Shown: piece after piece, positions 39,255-48,196 of the stretch
Numbering within the stretch: position 1 is the first letter of the stretch
Layout of the letters: every line of letters starts with the position of its first letter
From: Candidatus Thorarchaeota archaeon
GTDB lineage: Archaea > Asgardarchaeota > Thorarchaeia > Thorarchaeales > Thorarchaeaceae
Assembly (NCBI GenBank): GCA_048882045.1
Contig: JBHLRZ010000001.1
Coordinates: forward strand, 128,001 to 192,000
DNA length: 64,000 nucleotides
Direction: 5' to 3'
The notes under the pieces: model-generated
What the model was told of the DNA's origin: nothing
Databases searched by the model: none
Seen by the model: only the letters and a program-made list of their open reading frames with translations
Translations under genes and position numbers: made by a program

Positions 39255-40343
39255 TTGTGTGTTGTGATGTACTGCCCCAATCACTTGACCGATGAGAGAA
39301 TCATTTCAAGAGCAATTGGTGTTTGTTCAGTATGTATCAGCGAAGGCCATATTGGTTTGGCAAAACAGGAACATGAGAGATTGCGACATCGGGACGGACT
39401 GATTTCAGCCATACCTTCTATCGGAGAAATTGTTTGCGCGGAATGTGGAAACCACTGCAGATTGAAAGAGGGAGACATAGGATTCTGCAACATTCGAGTC
39501 GCTAGGAATGGGGAGATTGTTGATAAACACTCAACGAGTGCTGTAGTTTCCTGGTATTTTGATCCCTTGCCAACAAACTGTGTAGCAGATTGGGTCTGTC
39601 CAGTGATAAAGGAGCGAGAACTTGGATTTGGGAAACAACGTCTCAATAATCTTGCCGTATTCTATGGATCGTGCAACTCCGACTGTCTGTTCTGCCAGAA
39701 TGCAAGTTACAGAACAATGATGGCGCAAGGAAGGCCATTGATGACTCCAATGGAGCTAGCCAATGCCGCTGATGATCAAACTGCGTGTGTCTGTTACTTT
39801 GGTGGAGATCCCGCTTGTAATGCAGAACATTCGGTGAAGACATCAAAGATTCTGAACGAGTCAAAGCAAGTCAGAGTCTGTTATGAAACAAATGGAAATA
39901 TCTCTAAAAAATGGCTGAGAACTATCGCGGACATTGTTGAAACCACAGGAGGGACCTTGAAGTTCGACCTCAAGGCTGTGACTCCTGGGATCTATAAAGC
40001 CCTGACCGGAATATCGAACTCTGTTGTTCTACGGAATTTCAGAGAGCTCTCTGCTGCAAAGAGGGAGCGAGATGGAGAGTTTCTAGTAGCCAGTATACTT
40101 CTTGTTCCCGGATATATCGACCTGCCCGAAGTAAGGAATCTTTGCAAGTTCATTGCTGAATGTGACCCATCAATTCCGACAGCATTACTAGGATTCAGCC
40201 CTCATCATGCAATGAGTGACTTACCAAGAACGAGTAGAAATCATGCAAAAGCGGCACTTGAGATTTCAAAAGAAGCAGGTTTAGAGAATGTAAGAATTGG
40301 GAATCTTGGCCTTCTTGGAATGAATAACTACAGAGTTGAATAA
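39255..40343 (+). CDS. Radical SAM protein (PFL-activase-like, extra N-terminal Cys clusters)
   Basis: CNSDCLFCQN, CYFGGDP and YETNG; CSVC and CAECGNHC..GFC upstream. Confidence 0.88.
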   Translation: MCVVMYCPNHLTDERIISRAIGVCSVCISEGHIGLAKQEHERLRHRDGLISAIPSIGEIVCAECGNHCRLKEGDIGFCNIRVARNGEIVDKHSTSAVVSWYFDPLPTNCVADWVCPVIKERELGFGKQRLNNLAVFYGSCNSDCLFCQNASYRTMMAQGRPLMTPMELANAADDQTACVCYFGGDPACNAEHSVKTSKILNESKQVRVCYETNGNISKKWLRTIADIVETTGGTLKFDLKAVTPGIYKALTGISNSVVLRNFRELSAAKRERDGEFLVASILLVPGYIDLPEVRNLCKFIAECDPSIPTALLGFSPHHAMSDLPRTSRNHAKAALEISKEAGLENVRIGNLGLLGMNNYRVE

Positions 40344-40409
40344 TCAGTTAACTCAATCCTTATATTCTGCCACCCGTGGGACGCAACCAAAGAACATAGA
40401 GGTCACACC

Positions 40410-40952
40410 TTGACTGATGACATCTCGCGCGAAATCATTGACAACGAGGATATCGACGCTGACTTTGTCGATAAAATTGTTGACGCTGGTGCAGACAGAA
40501 TTCGGACATGCATTCAGTGTGGTACATGTTCAGCAGTATGTCCCAGTGGGAGAAAGACTGCATTCAGAACGCGTGAGTTGATTCGCAAAGCACTGCTTGG
40601 CTTGAAGCAGGAGGTGCTTTCAAGTGAAGACCTATGGCTTTGCGCTACATGTTATAATTGTCTTGAAAGGTGTCCAAGACAGATCAAGGTGACTGATGCA
40701 ATAATAATCATGAGAAACATGGCTGCAGACGAAGGATACATGCTTCCTGAGCATCAAAATGCGTCCAAGAAACTTCTTCAGACTGGACATGCTGTTCCGA
40801 TAGACGACCAGAATCGTATGATGAGAAAGGAACTTGGTCTTGACGAGTTTCCTCCAACAACCCATTCTGATGAAAAGGCTCTCAACGATGTTAAGGAGAT
40901 TCTGAAGAGGACTGGATTTAGGGAACTAATCAAGAAACAGGAGGGCAAATGA
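40410..40952 (+). CDS. hdrC: Heterodisulfide reductase subunit C (copy 3)
   Basis: CIQCGTCSAVCP, WLCATCYNCLERCP and GHAVP..PPTTH. Confidence 0.94.
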   Translation: MTDDISREIIDNEDIDADFVDKIVDAGADRIRTCIQCGTCSAVCPSGRKTAFRTRELIRKALLGLKQEVLSSEDLWLCATCYNCLERCPRQIKVTDAIIIMRNMAADEGYMLPEHQNASKKLLQTGHAVPIDDQNRMMRKELGLDEFPPTTHSDEKALNDVKEILKRTGFRELIKKQEGK

Positions 40953-40953
40953 G

Positions 40954-41850
40954 ATGACTGAAACGCAGACCTATTCCTTTTTCTTGGGCTGTGTCATGCC
41001 TAACAGGTTTCCGAATTTGGAGGCAAGCATCCGTATTGTTCTTCCTAGGCTTGGAATCAATCTTGAGGATCTTGAGGGAGCAAGTTGCTGTCCAGCACCT
41101 GGTGTGATTCGTTCATTCGACGAACCGACTTGGTTGGCTTTGGCTGCAAGAAATCTAGCACTTGCAGAAATGTCGGGGCATGATCTCATAACAGGGTGTA
41201 ATGGTTGCTATAGTACATTCAAGGAGGCTCTTACTGAGATTCAAGAACATCCCGAGAGACTGAAGGAGGTCCAGAAGGTCTTCAAGGGCATGGAATTGAA
41301 ATTCAAAGGTAAGGTCGAAGCCAAACATGTTATCGAGGTGATCGCAGACCTCGGTCCCGAAAAGATCCGAAGTGTGGTAACCAAGAAGCTGGATGGTATC
41401 AGAGTCGGAGTGCATTACGGTTGTCATCTACTCAAACCGAGTAAGAATAGACCATGGAAAAAAACACAGAACCACACGTTCTTGGATGAACTTGTTGAAG
41501 CTACCGGAGCCAAAAGTGTGGAATACAAGGACAAGAACCTCTGCTGTGGAGCAGGAGGCGGGGTAAGAGGAGGTCAGGTTGCTGTCAGTATCGATATTGC
41601 TAAGGAGAAACTGAACAACCTTCTGGAAATAGGTGTTGATTGCATAGTCAATGTCTGCTCATTCTGTCATCTACAATATGAAACTGCACAAATAGTGTTG
41701 AATAAAGAACTCAGAAAGAAGAGATACAATATCCCTGTTTTGTACTATACTCAGCTGCTTGGTCTAGCAATGAGTCTGAATCCAGATGAGTTGGGTTTGG
41801 ACAAGCATATGATAGACACAAAACCACTGCTTGACAAGTTATCTGGTTAG
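40954..41850 (+). CDS. hdrB: Heterodisulfide reductase subunit B (copy 3)
   Basis: FLGC, CCPAPG, GCNGC, HYGCH, CCGAGGG and VCSFCH. Confidence 0.94.
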   Translation: MTETQTYSFFLGCVMPNRFPNLEASIRIVLPRLGINLEDLEGASCCPAPGVIRSFDEPTWLALAARNLALAEMSGHDLITGCNGCYSTFKEALTEIQEHPERLKEVQKVFKGMELKFKGKVEAKHVIEVIADLGPEKIRSVVTKKLDGIRVGVHYGCHLLKPSKNRPWKKTQNHTFLDELVEATGAKSVEYKDKNLCCGAGGGVRGGQVAVSIDIAKEKLNNLLEIGVDCIVNVCSFCHLQYETAQIVLNKELRKKRYNIPVLYYTQLLGLAMSLNPDELGLDKHMIDTKPLLDKLSG

Positions 41851-42776
41851 AACCACTTCTTGGCAGCATAGTAGACAACTAGAGCCATGATTCCACTAGA
41901 GAACAATAGAACAGCTACAAAAGCCAAAGCACGTGACTCCAATCCGGGATTTGGCGTAGTTGTCGTTGTAGTGGTAGGACTGGTTGTTGTAACAACTGTT
42001 CCTGCTGAAAATTCTGCATCAGACCGATCCGAGGTGAAGTATATGCTGTCAGTAGCCCTTACCTCTACAGTGTAGTTGTCTGATTTGTTTAAACTTGAAC
42101 AGTCCCATTCAAACCATGTCTTGTTTGTAGATTTGACCAATGTTTCGAAGGATGCTCCTGAGTTATCAGAGAACATGACATCGAATAGTAGAGTATCATC
42201 TAGATTAGCATCGGAAGCTGTCCATGTGATGTTATGCAAAGATGTCCAATTTTCTCCGCCGTTTGGTGAGATTACGTTGACTATAGGCATGAAGAAATTA
42301 CCAATATAAACGTCCGAAATCTCAATGCTCATTACTGTTCCATTCGGTAATTGGGTTGATGCAATGATTGTACAGGTGGCGTTGTTTCCTAGAGCCCTTG
42401 TGTCAATCTCAAGAGTGGACTGGTTCTCATCCAAAATTAGTATGGAGGGTATTGCAGGAGCATGGATCTCTAGTCGAGAATTATTCACTGCAGGTTGCCA
42501 TCTGGTCTTCAAGGTCACGTGATCCCCAGCAATTATGTCGCCTGAGTGTACTGGAGTGTCTATGAGGAGTGTACGCGTAGTATAGGTCAGATTCAAGGTG
42601 GGAACGTCAGCAGATAGAGAAACCTGATTCGCAGGAGGTTGAGTGTCACGTGTATACAGGTTTTGGTTCTTCAATGTCATTGTAAACGGAGAAATCATGA
42701 GCGAAACTATTACTAGTCCAAGTATCACTCGACGGTCCGATACGATTCTAAGCCAACAGTTCATTCTAGATATCAA
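41847..42776 (-). CDS. Cell-surface protein with Ig/FN3-like domain, Thr-rich linker and C-terminal TM
   Basis: SPNGGE motif, TTTSPTTTTTTP linker, TM followed by KKWF. Confidence 0.75.
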   Translation of the reverse strand: MISRMNCWLRIVSDRRVILGLVIVSLMISPFTMTLKNQNLYTRDTQPPANQVSLSADVPTLNLTYTTRTLLIDTPVHSGDIIAGDHVTLKTRWQPAVNNSRLEIHAPAIPSILILDENQSTLEIDTRALGNNATCTIIASTQLPNGTVMSIEISDVYIGNFFMPIVNVISPNGGENWTSLHNITWTASDANLDDTLLFDVMFSDNSGASFETLVKSTNKTWFEWDCSSLNKSDNYTVEVRATDSIYFTSDRSDAEFSAGTVVTTTSPTTTTTTTPNPGLESRALAFVAVLLFSSGIMALVVYYAAKKWF

Positions 42777-43249
42777 TCTCGTTCACCTTCTGGGAAAGGT
42801 TGTTCCCTCCAGACTTTCAGAGCCTCGTACCATAGTACAGCACACACAGAACAGAGTAGTAGGAGTAGAATAGTTGAATACCAATCCATCGCAACCCAGA
42901 GCAGAATCCCGAGGGCTGAGGTCAGGGAAGTATAGAATGTAGCGTAGAATAGGAAACGAGGGACCATGAGTCTTCCACGTCCCATGAACTGGTTGAGTAT
43001 CCCAATTCTCACATCCCGCTTCACAGTATACTGTCCGTGTACATCCTTTTCAACCAGACCAAATTGCCTCAGACGCTCAAGGTGATGCATTGAGAGCGAC
43101 GGACTAGAGAGTTCCGCCCCACGTTGGATCTCACGCGCAGTGAGTGGTTCAGAGTGTCTCAACATGTACCAGTATACGCTTAGGGTCTTTCCTTTAACGA
43201 GTTCTGCCAACTCCTCGTCGGTTGGATTCTCTTTGGTCAAGACCCGCAA
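42773..43249 (-). CDS. Winged-helix regulator with two C-terminal TM helices
   Basis: REIQRG..LSSPSL..HHLERL..GLVEKD..G.Y, then VPRFLFY and two hydrophobic helices. Confidence 0.82.
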   Translation of the reverse strand: MRVLTKENPTDEELAELVKGKTLSVYWYMLRHSEPLTAREIQRGAELSSPSLSMHHLERLRQFGLVEKDVHGQYTVKRDVRIGILNQFMGRGRLMVPRFLFYATFYTSLTSALGILLWVAMDWYSTILLLLLCSVCAVLWYEALKVWREQPFPEGERD

Positions 43250-43400
43250 CTCCGAAAATCTGGAGTCTGTCTAAGCTCTAAGACTCTTAAAACCTGCTAA
43301 TTGTTCAGTTGGAATTGGTCCCTCAAGGTAAGGCTAAAATAGCTTGACCGTGCGCCAAGGTTCACGCCTGAACAGGATTCTGTTCGAGGAGACAACATAG

Positions 43401-43739
43401 ATGTCAATGGCTCGAAAACCAATCACACCGAAACCTCCTCGTGTTAGAGAGAAGGTGCTAGTTATTCTCCAAGAACAGTGTAAGCAGTGCATGCTCTGTG
43501 TTGAATTCTGTCCGAAGAACGTGCTGTGTCTTACAGACATCTACAATCGTAAAGGATACCATCCTGTCACTGCTTGTGACATTGATGCATGTGTCAACTG
43601 TGAGTTTTGCGAACGAATCTGTCCCGATATGGCAATCTTCCTAGCTGACCGTGAAGAGGCGAAGAAGGCGTATAAGACAGGAGCTGTCGCTGAGGGAACT
43701 GTGATCCCTGAGTTTGATGCTGAGAAGGAGGAGTCCTGA
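43401..43739 (+). CDS. korD: 2-oxoacid:ferredoxin oxidoreductase delta subunit (2x[4Fe-4S])
   Basis: CKQCMLCVEFCP, KGYHP and CVNCEFCERICPDMAI. Confidence 0.85.
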   Translation: MSMARKPITPKPPRVREKVLVILQEQCKQCMLCVEFCPKNVLCLTDIYNRKGYHPVTACDIDACVNCEFCERICPDMAIFLADREEAKKAYKTGAVAEGTVIPEFDAEKEES

Positions 43740-43742
43740 TAG

Positions 43743-44879
43743 ATGCCTGAGCGGGTCATGTTCACAATGGGAGACATTGCATGTGCAGAAGGTGCCCTCA
43801 GTGCAGGCTGCAGATATTTTGGAGGCTATCCTATCACTCCAGCTACAGAGATTGCAGAGTGGATGTCTCTTCGGATGCCAGAGCTTGGTGGAGCATATGT
43901 CCAATACGAGGATGAAATTGCATCCATCACGAGTGTGATCGGAGCGTCATGGACTGGTGTGAAGTCGATGACAGCAACTTCGGGTCCTGGTGTGAGCCTT
44001 ATGTTGGAAGCTATAGGACTTGCTGTGATGACAGAAACTCCACTTGTCTTGGTAAACATCATGAGAGGTGGACCAAGTACAGGACAACCAACGAAAGGGC
44101 AACAGGGGGATGTCATGCAGGCAAAGTGGGGAAGCCATGGAGACTACCAAATAATCGCATTGACACCAGCTTCTGTTCAAGAAATGTTTGATCAGACAGT
44201 ACAAGCATTCAATCTATCTGAGAAGTACAGAACACCAGTGTTTGTTCTTGCAGATGAAACAGTTGGACATATGAGAGAGAGACTGGTCATCCCTGATGAG
44301 AAGAATCTCAAGCTTGAGTATCGAAAAACTCCTTCAGGTCCTCCTGAGGACTATCTACCCTTCAAAGCAGATGATGATCTTGTTCCACCGATGGCGTTGT
44401 TCGGGTCCAAGTATCAGTTCTATGCAACTGGACTGACTCATGATGAGCGTGGATATCCCAGTGATAAGGAGAACGTTCAGATCGAGCTCATAACGAGACT
44501 CAATAATAAGATACTACACAATGCTGACAAAATTATAGACGTGGAGAGATTCATGCTAGATGATGCTAAGATTGGCGTCGTTTCATATGGAACTCCATCA
44601 AGGAGCGCAAAGAAAGCAATTAAGGAAGCAAGAGCCGAGGGGATCAAAGCTGGAATGCTTCGTTTGAAGACCGTCTGGCCATTCCCTGAGAAACAGATTG
44701 CCAAACTTGCTTCGGAAGTTGATCACATCATTGTGGCGGAGCAAAATCTAGGGCAAGTCTATCACATGGTAAAGGGTGAGGCTGCACCGACACCAGTTCA
44801 TCTCATGGTTAAACCAGCAGGAATGCCACAATTACCAAACGAGATACTAGATAAAATCAAGGAAGTGAATGTATCCTAG
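43743..44879 (+). CDS. korA: 2-oxoacid:ferredoxin oxidoreductase alpha subunit
   Basis: GYPITP, EDEIAS, TATSGPG and RGGPSTGQPT. Confidence 0.9.
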   Translation: MPERVMFTMGDIACAEGALSAGCRYFGGYPITPATEIAEWMSLRMPELGGAYVQYEDEIASITSVIGASWTGVKSMTATSGPGVSLMLEAIGLAVMTETPLVLVNIMRGGPSTGQPTKGQQGDVMQAKWGSHGDYQIIALTPASVQEMFDQTVQAFNLSEKYRTPVFVLADETVGHMRERLVIPDEKNLKLEYRKTPSGPPEDYLPFKADDDLVPPMALFGSKYQFYATGLTHDERGYPSDKENVQIELITRLNNKILHNADKIIDVERFMLDDAKIGVVSYGTPSRSAKKAIKEARAEGIKAGMLRLKTVWPFPEKQIAKLASEVDHIIVAEQNLGQVYHMVKGEAAPTPVHLMVKPAGMPQLPNEILDKIKEVNVS

Positions 44880-44929
44880 CTGCTCCAAAAGTATACTGCA
44901 GCATCTCCATACTACACTGCTTGATTCGG

Positions 44930-45445
44930 TTAGACAAAAGATTCGCAGATTCTTGCAGATATTAGCTCGAATGCTTTGTTCACATTCTTATCAAGTAAAA
45001 CTGAAACTTCGATGTAGTCCATTCCCAGTTTCGCAGCCATTTCTTTGCCTTCAACCGTTGAAATGACCCTCTCGTCGACAAGGTCTACTTTGTTTGCTAC
45101 AAGAAGTGATAGATACTCATCTACATGCCGATCCACTTCATTCTTCCAGTCGTTCACAGCGTTTAATGACTCCCAAGATGTAACATCATACATGAAGATG
45201 ACACCCTGTGTTCCGATGTAGTAGTTAGCTCGAACCCGTTCAAGGAAGTCCTGAGAGCCAAGGTCCCAGATTTGAGCATTAACAAAATTGTTTCCCAGCT
45301 TCATTTTTTTGTAGGCAAATCCGGTTCCAAGTGTGGGGGAATAGTGCTCGCGAAAAGTTCCAGTGCTATAGCGAATAATGATACTCGTCTTCCCCACTGA
45401 AGCTGCTCCTACTGTACAAATCTTCAGAAGATACGTGGGACTCAT
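44930..45445 (-). CDS. Ras-superfamily (Rab-like) small GTPase
   Basis: G1 GAASVGKTS, G2 PTLG, G3 IWDLGSQ, YDVT, G4 NKVDL and G5 EVSV. Confidence 0.93.
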   Translation of the reverse strand: MSPTYLLKICTVGAASVGKTSIIIRYSTGTFREHYSPTLGTGFAYKKMKLGNNFVNAQIWDLGSQDFLERVRANYYIGTQGVIFMYDVTSWESLNAVNDWKNEVDRHVDEYLSLLVANKVDLVDERVISTVEGKEMAAKLGMDYIEVSVLLDKNVNKAFELISARICESFV

Positions 45446-45520
45446 TATTTATCAGCTCTGTCGGTACTTATTCACTAGTGAGCCATCAGATAACCGTTAC
45501 TTCGATATATGATTGAGGTT

Positions 45521-47101
45521 CTAAACACTTATCCTCTTTGGGAGGGGTAATCTACGTTGTCGTGTTAGAATCAATAGAGTAAATCTGGCAGCATTTCCAA
45601 GCTTTGAATACTCGATCAAAAACTTCTCTTGATTTTCCTCCTTCTGCCAGCCCACCCAGAAGTCAGGTGGAATGTCCATCAGTGGGACCCCAGATGCCTG
45701 GCAAATCCTTGTCATACGCTCTGTACCATAGATCCCTTGACCTCTTGTCACCAATGTGTAGATTACTTCATCCAGAGGATCATCACCTGTTGGTTTGAGA
45801 GAACCAGTCTTGATTCTTCGAACTGGTGATGACCTTTGTGAAGTCAACTGTTCAAGCCACAGTGGGAACTCTTCAAACCCTCTCAGGTCAAATGGTGAAA
45901 AGCGAGTTAGTATCCGTTCAGAAAACGCTTCAGTAAGTCTAACAATGAACTGGTCGAGTTTGTTTGGTTCTAATAATGCGGCAAACTGAGCAAGAAGCTT
46001 CATCCATTCACCATAAAGCAACATGAGCCTCCGATTGTTAAGACCTTCAAGCATTTTGAAGTCAAAATCAACCGACCACACATGGTTGGTCACACGTAAT
46101 TGCCCAAGAGTTTCAGGAGTATCACTACGACTCATGACTGATGTTAGAGCTGTTGTTGCTTCACCTGTGTTGCAACAATCCTCAGCGACACGAAGCGATA
46201 TCTCAAGGACTTCCTTCGCAAGTAGAATCCTTCTCTTCTCTGGAGATAGCGCTTCGATGACTTCCCTCTCAAGTAGAAAGTCCAAGACTCTCAGAATCTC
46301 CCTCTCATCGTACGATTCTCCCAGTTCAATGAGTATCTCACGAACAGTCCTTCGACCCTCTAAGAGGCCCGCAAGGCGGGGAATGACTCCGACCATTTCT
46401 GGATAATGACTGCGCATCGATTCGGTTTCTCTAGATGTCGCTTGAAGATATTTTAGAAATCCTGTTTTGGATGACACAAAGTCATCAAAACTCAGCATGT
46501 TGCGAAATCTGATCACGCGATGTGCCCACATTCGAGATATCTCAAGCAGTAGGTCTCTCTTTGCAAGTCCACTCACATCGAGAATCTCTTTTACATTTCT
46601 GGAGCCGTTGATGAACGGCTCTAATGTTCCACTCGTGTCAACGATAGTATTTGGATCAACTGTGAAGTAGGGTACCCAAGAATCAGGAAGATCTTCAAAG
46701 GAGAGTTTCTCCATGACTCGTTCTCCGAATGGCTCTAGGTAAACATCCGAGAACGATACATCGATACCTAGTAACTCTGTGGCAAGCAGCCATTTCTCCT
46801 CAAACTCAGAGAGGAGCGAGTTCAGAATAGCGACAATCTCTGTGTTGAGACGCTGTACCCCTACTGCAATCATGTGAGTAGCTTCTCCATTAAGAACAGT
46901 GAAGATGTGAGCACCATAGTCTACAGTAAATACTGGTGCACTCTGCTGGAATACCTCTTTTGAAAACATGTCGATTGCAGCGAAGAAGCTGGATGCAAGG
47001 ACCGGGTCCATTCCAAAGGCTCGTGGGTCGAGTTGCATATAGAAACGTGGATTGCCATTTTTATCAGTGATGAGAATGGCTTCGATACTGTGTCCAGTCA
47101 T
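45521..47101 (-). CDS. Longin domain plus tandem winged-helix protein, NPRL2/NPRL3-like
   Basis: N-terminal longin-type pattern (IEAILITDKNGNP..DPVLASSFFAAIDMFSKEV), then VPYF..PFINGSRNVKEI and LEGRRTVREI..DEREI wH repeats. Confidence 0.65.
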   Translation of the reverse strand: MTGHSIEAILITDKNGNPRFYMQLDPRAFGMDPVLASSFFAAIDMFSKEVFQQSAPVFTVDYGAHIFTVLNGEATHMIAVGVQRLNTEIVAILNSLLSEFEEKWLLATELLGIDVSFSDVYLEPFGERVMEKLSFEDLPDSWVPYFTVDPNTIVDTSGTLEPFINGSRNVKEILDVSGLAKRDLLLEISRMWAHRVIRFRNMLSFDDFVSSKTGFLKYLQATSRETESMRSHYPEMVGVIPRLAGLLEGRRTVREILIELGESYDEREILRVLDFLLEREVIEALSPEKRRILLAKEVLEISLRVAEDCCNTGEATTALTSVMSRSDTPETLGQLRVTNHVWSVDFDFKMLEGLNNRRLMLLYGEWMKLLAQFAALLEPNKLDQFIVRLTEAFSERILTRFSPFDLRGFEEFPLWLEQLTSQRSSPVRRIKTGSLKPTGDDPLDEVIYTLVTRGQGIYGTERMTRICQASGVPLMDIPPDFWVGWQKEENQEKFLIEYSKLGNAARFTLLILTRQRRLPLPKRISV

Positions 47102-47215
47102 AGATACTCGCCATTTTCAAGGCGGGTAGAATGAATATTAGCATTCTTCGGAGAGAATGACACGATGTCAGGTGCATTGAGTAAGAGTTAAGAAACAGCC
47201 AATTCGCAAGAATTC

Positions 47216-48196
47216 ATGAAAATTCTTCTTACTGGAGCCTTTGGCAACGTAGGTGAGAGCACACTACTTGCCTTGTTCAAAAAGGACTATGATATTAGAT
47301 GTTTTGATCTCAAGACTGAGAGAAATGAAAAGATTCAGAAGCGTCTTGCCAAGATGGAACAGTTTGACACTGTATGGGGAGACATCCGTAATCAAGCAAC
47401 GGTCGAAACCATCGTTGAAGGAATTGATTGCATCATACACCTAGCTGCAATTATCCCTCCTCTATCAGAGTCTAAACCAGATTTCGCAAGATCAGTAAAC
47501 ATTGAAGGAACCAAACTTTTAGTCAAAACAGCTGAAAAGCAGGAAGTCAAACCAAAATTTGTCTTTGCTAGCTCCGTTTCCCTTTTTGGTCCAACTATGC
47601 ATCTACAACCACCACGAACCATACAAGATCCAGTGAATCCCACAGACACCTACACTGAAACTAAATTTGAATGTGAGAAAACAATCAAATCGTCTAGTAT
47701 TCAATGGACAATACTAAGATTGGCTGCAACCCCTCCTATCGAGATGACGACAGAAATCGACCCCATAGTATTTGAGATGCCCTTGGATCAGCGAATTGAG
47801 TTTGTACACTCAAGAGACGTAGGACAAGCTTTTGCAAATGCTATTGAAGCAGAAACTATTGGGAAGACACTCCTCATTGGAGGCGGACCATCCAGTCAGA
47901 TGGTTCAACGAGAATTTCTAACAAAGCTTTTCGATGGAATGGGAATCGGAATGCTTCCTGATTCTGCTTTCAGAGTTGCCACAAAACCTGAGGAATATTT
48001 CTATACTGACTGGCTTGACACTCGAGAATCACAACAACTGCTGCAGTATCAGTCAAGATCAGTTGAGGATTACATTAAGGAGATGACGTCTCAGCTTGGG
48101 ATGATGAGATATTTGACTAGATTGTTCAAAGGTCTAGCACGGAAACGGATACTCGATGCCTCACCATATTATCAAACTACAAAGCAAGTCGAATAA
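47216..48196 (+). CDS. NAD-dependent epimerase/dehydratase (extended SDR)
   Basis: TGAFGNVG, HLAAIIPP, ASS and YTETK. Confidence 0.9.
   Translation: MKILLTGAFGNVGESTLLALFKKDYDIRCFDLKTERNEKIQKRLAKMEQFDTVWGDIRNQATVETIVEGIDCIIHLAAIIPPLSESKPDFARSVNIEGTKLLVKTAEKQEVKPKFVFASSVSLFGPTMHLQPPRTIQDPVNPTDTYTETKFECEKTIKSSSIQWTILRLAATPPIEMTTEIDPIVFEMPLDQRIEFVHSRDVGQAFANAIEAETIGKTLLIGGGPSSQMVQREFLTKLFDGMGIGMLPDSAFRVATKPEEYFYTDWLDTRESQQLLQYQSRSVEDYIKEMTSQLGMMRYLTRLFKGLARKRILDASPYYQTTKQVE

Noticed and set aside
25056-41850. Selenocysteine or pyrrolysine recoding in hdr/mvhD genes
   Set aside because: All ORFs are open with Cys at the motif positions; no in-frame TGA/TAG read-through is needed and I recognised no SECIS.
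25056-41850. Methanogenesis inferred from hdrABC
   Set aside because: No mcr or mtr in the window, and Hdr is widespread in non-methanogens.
43737-43745. korD-korA in-frame read-through fusion
   Set aside because: Two consecutive stops (TGA TAG) precede the korA ATG.
44930-44950. CaaX prenylation signal on the GTPase
   Set aside because: The Cys is fifth from the end (CESFV) and there is no flexible tail.
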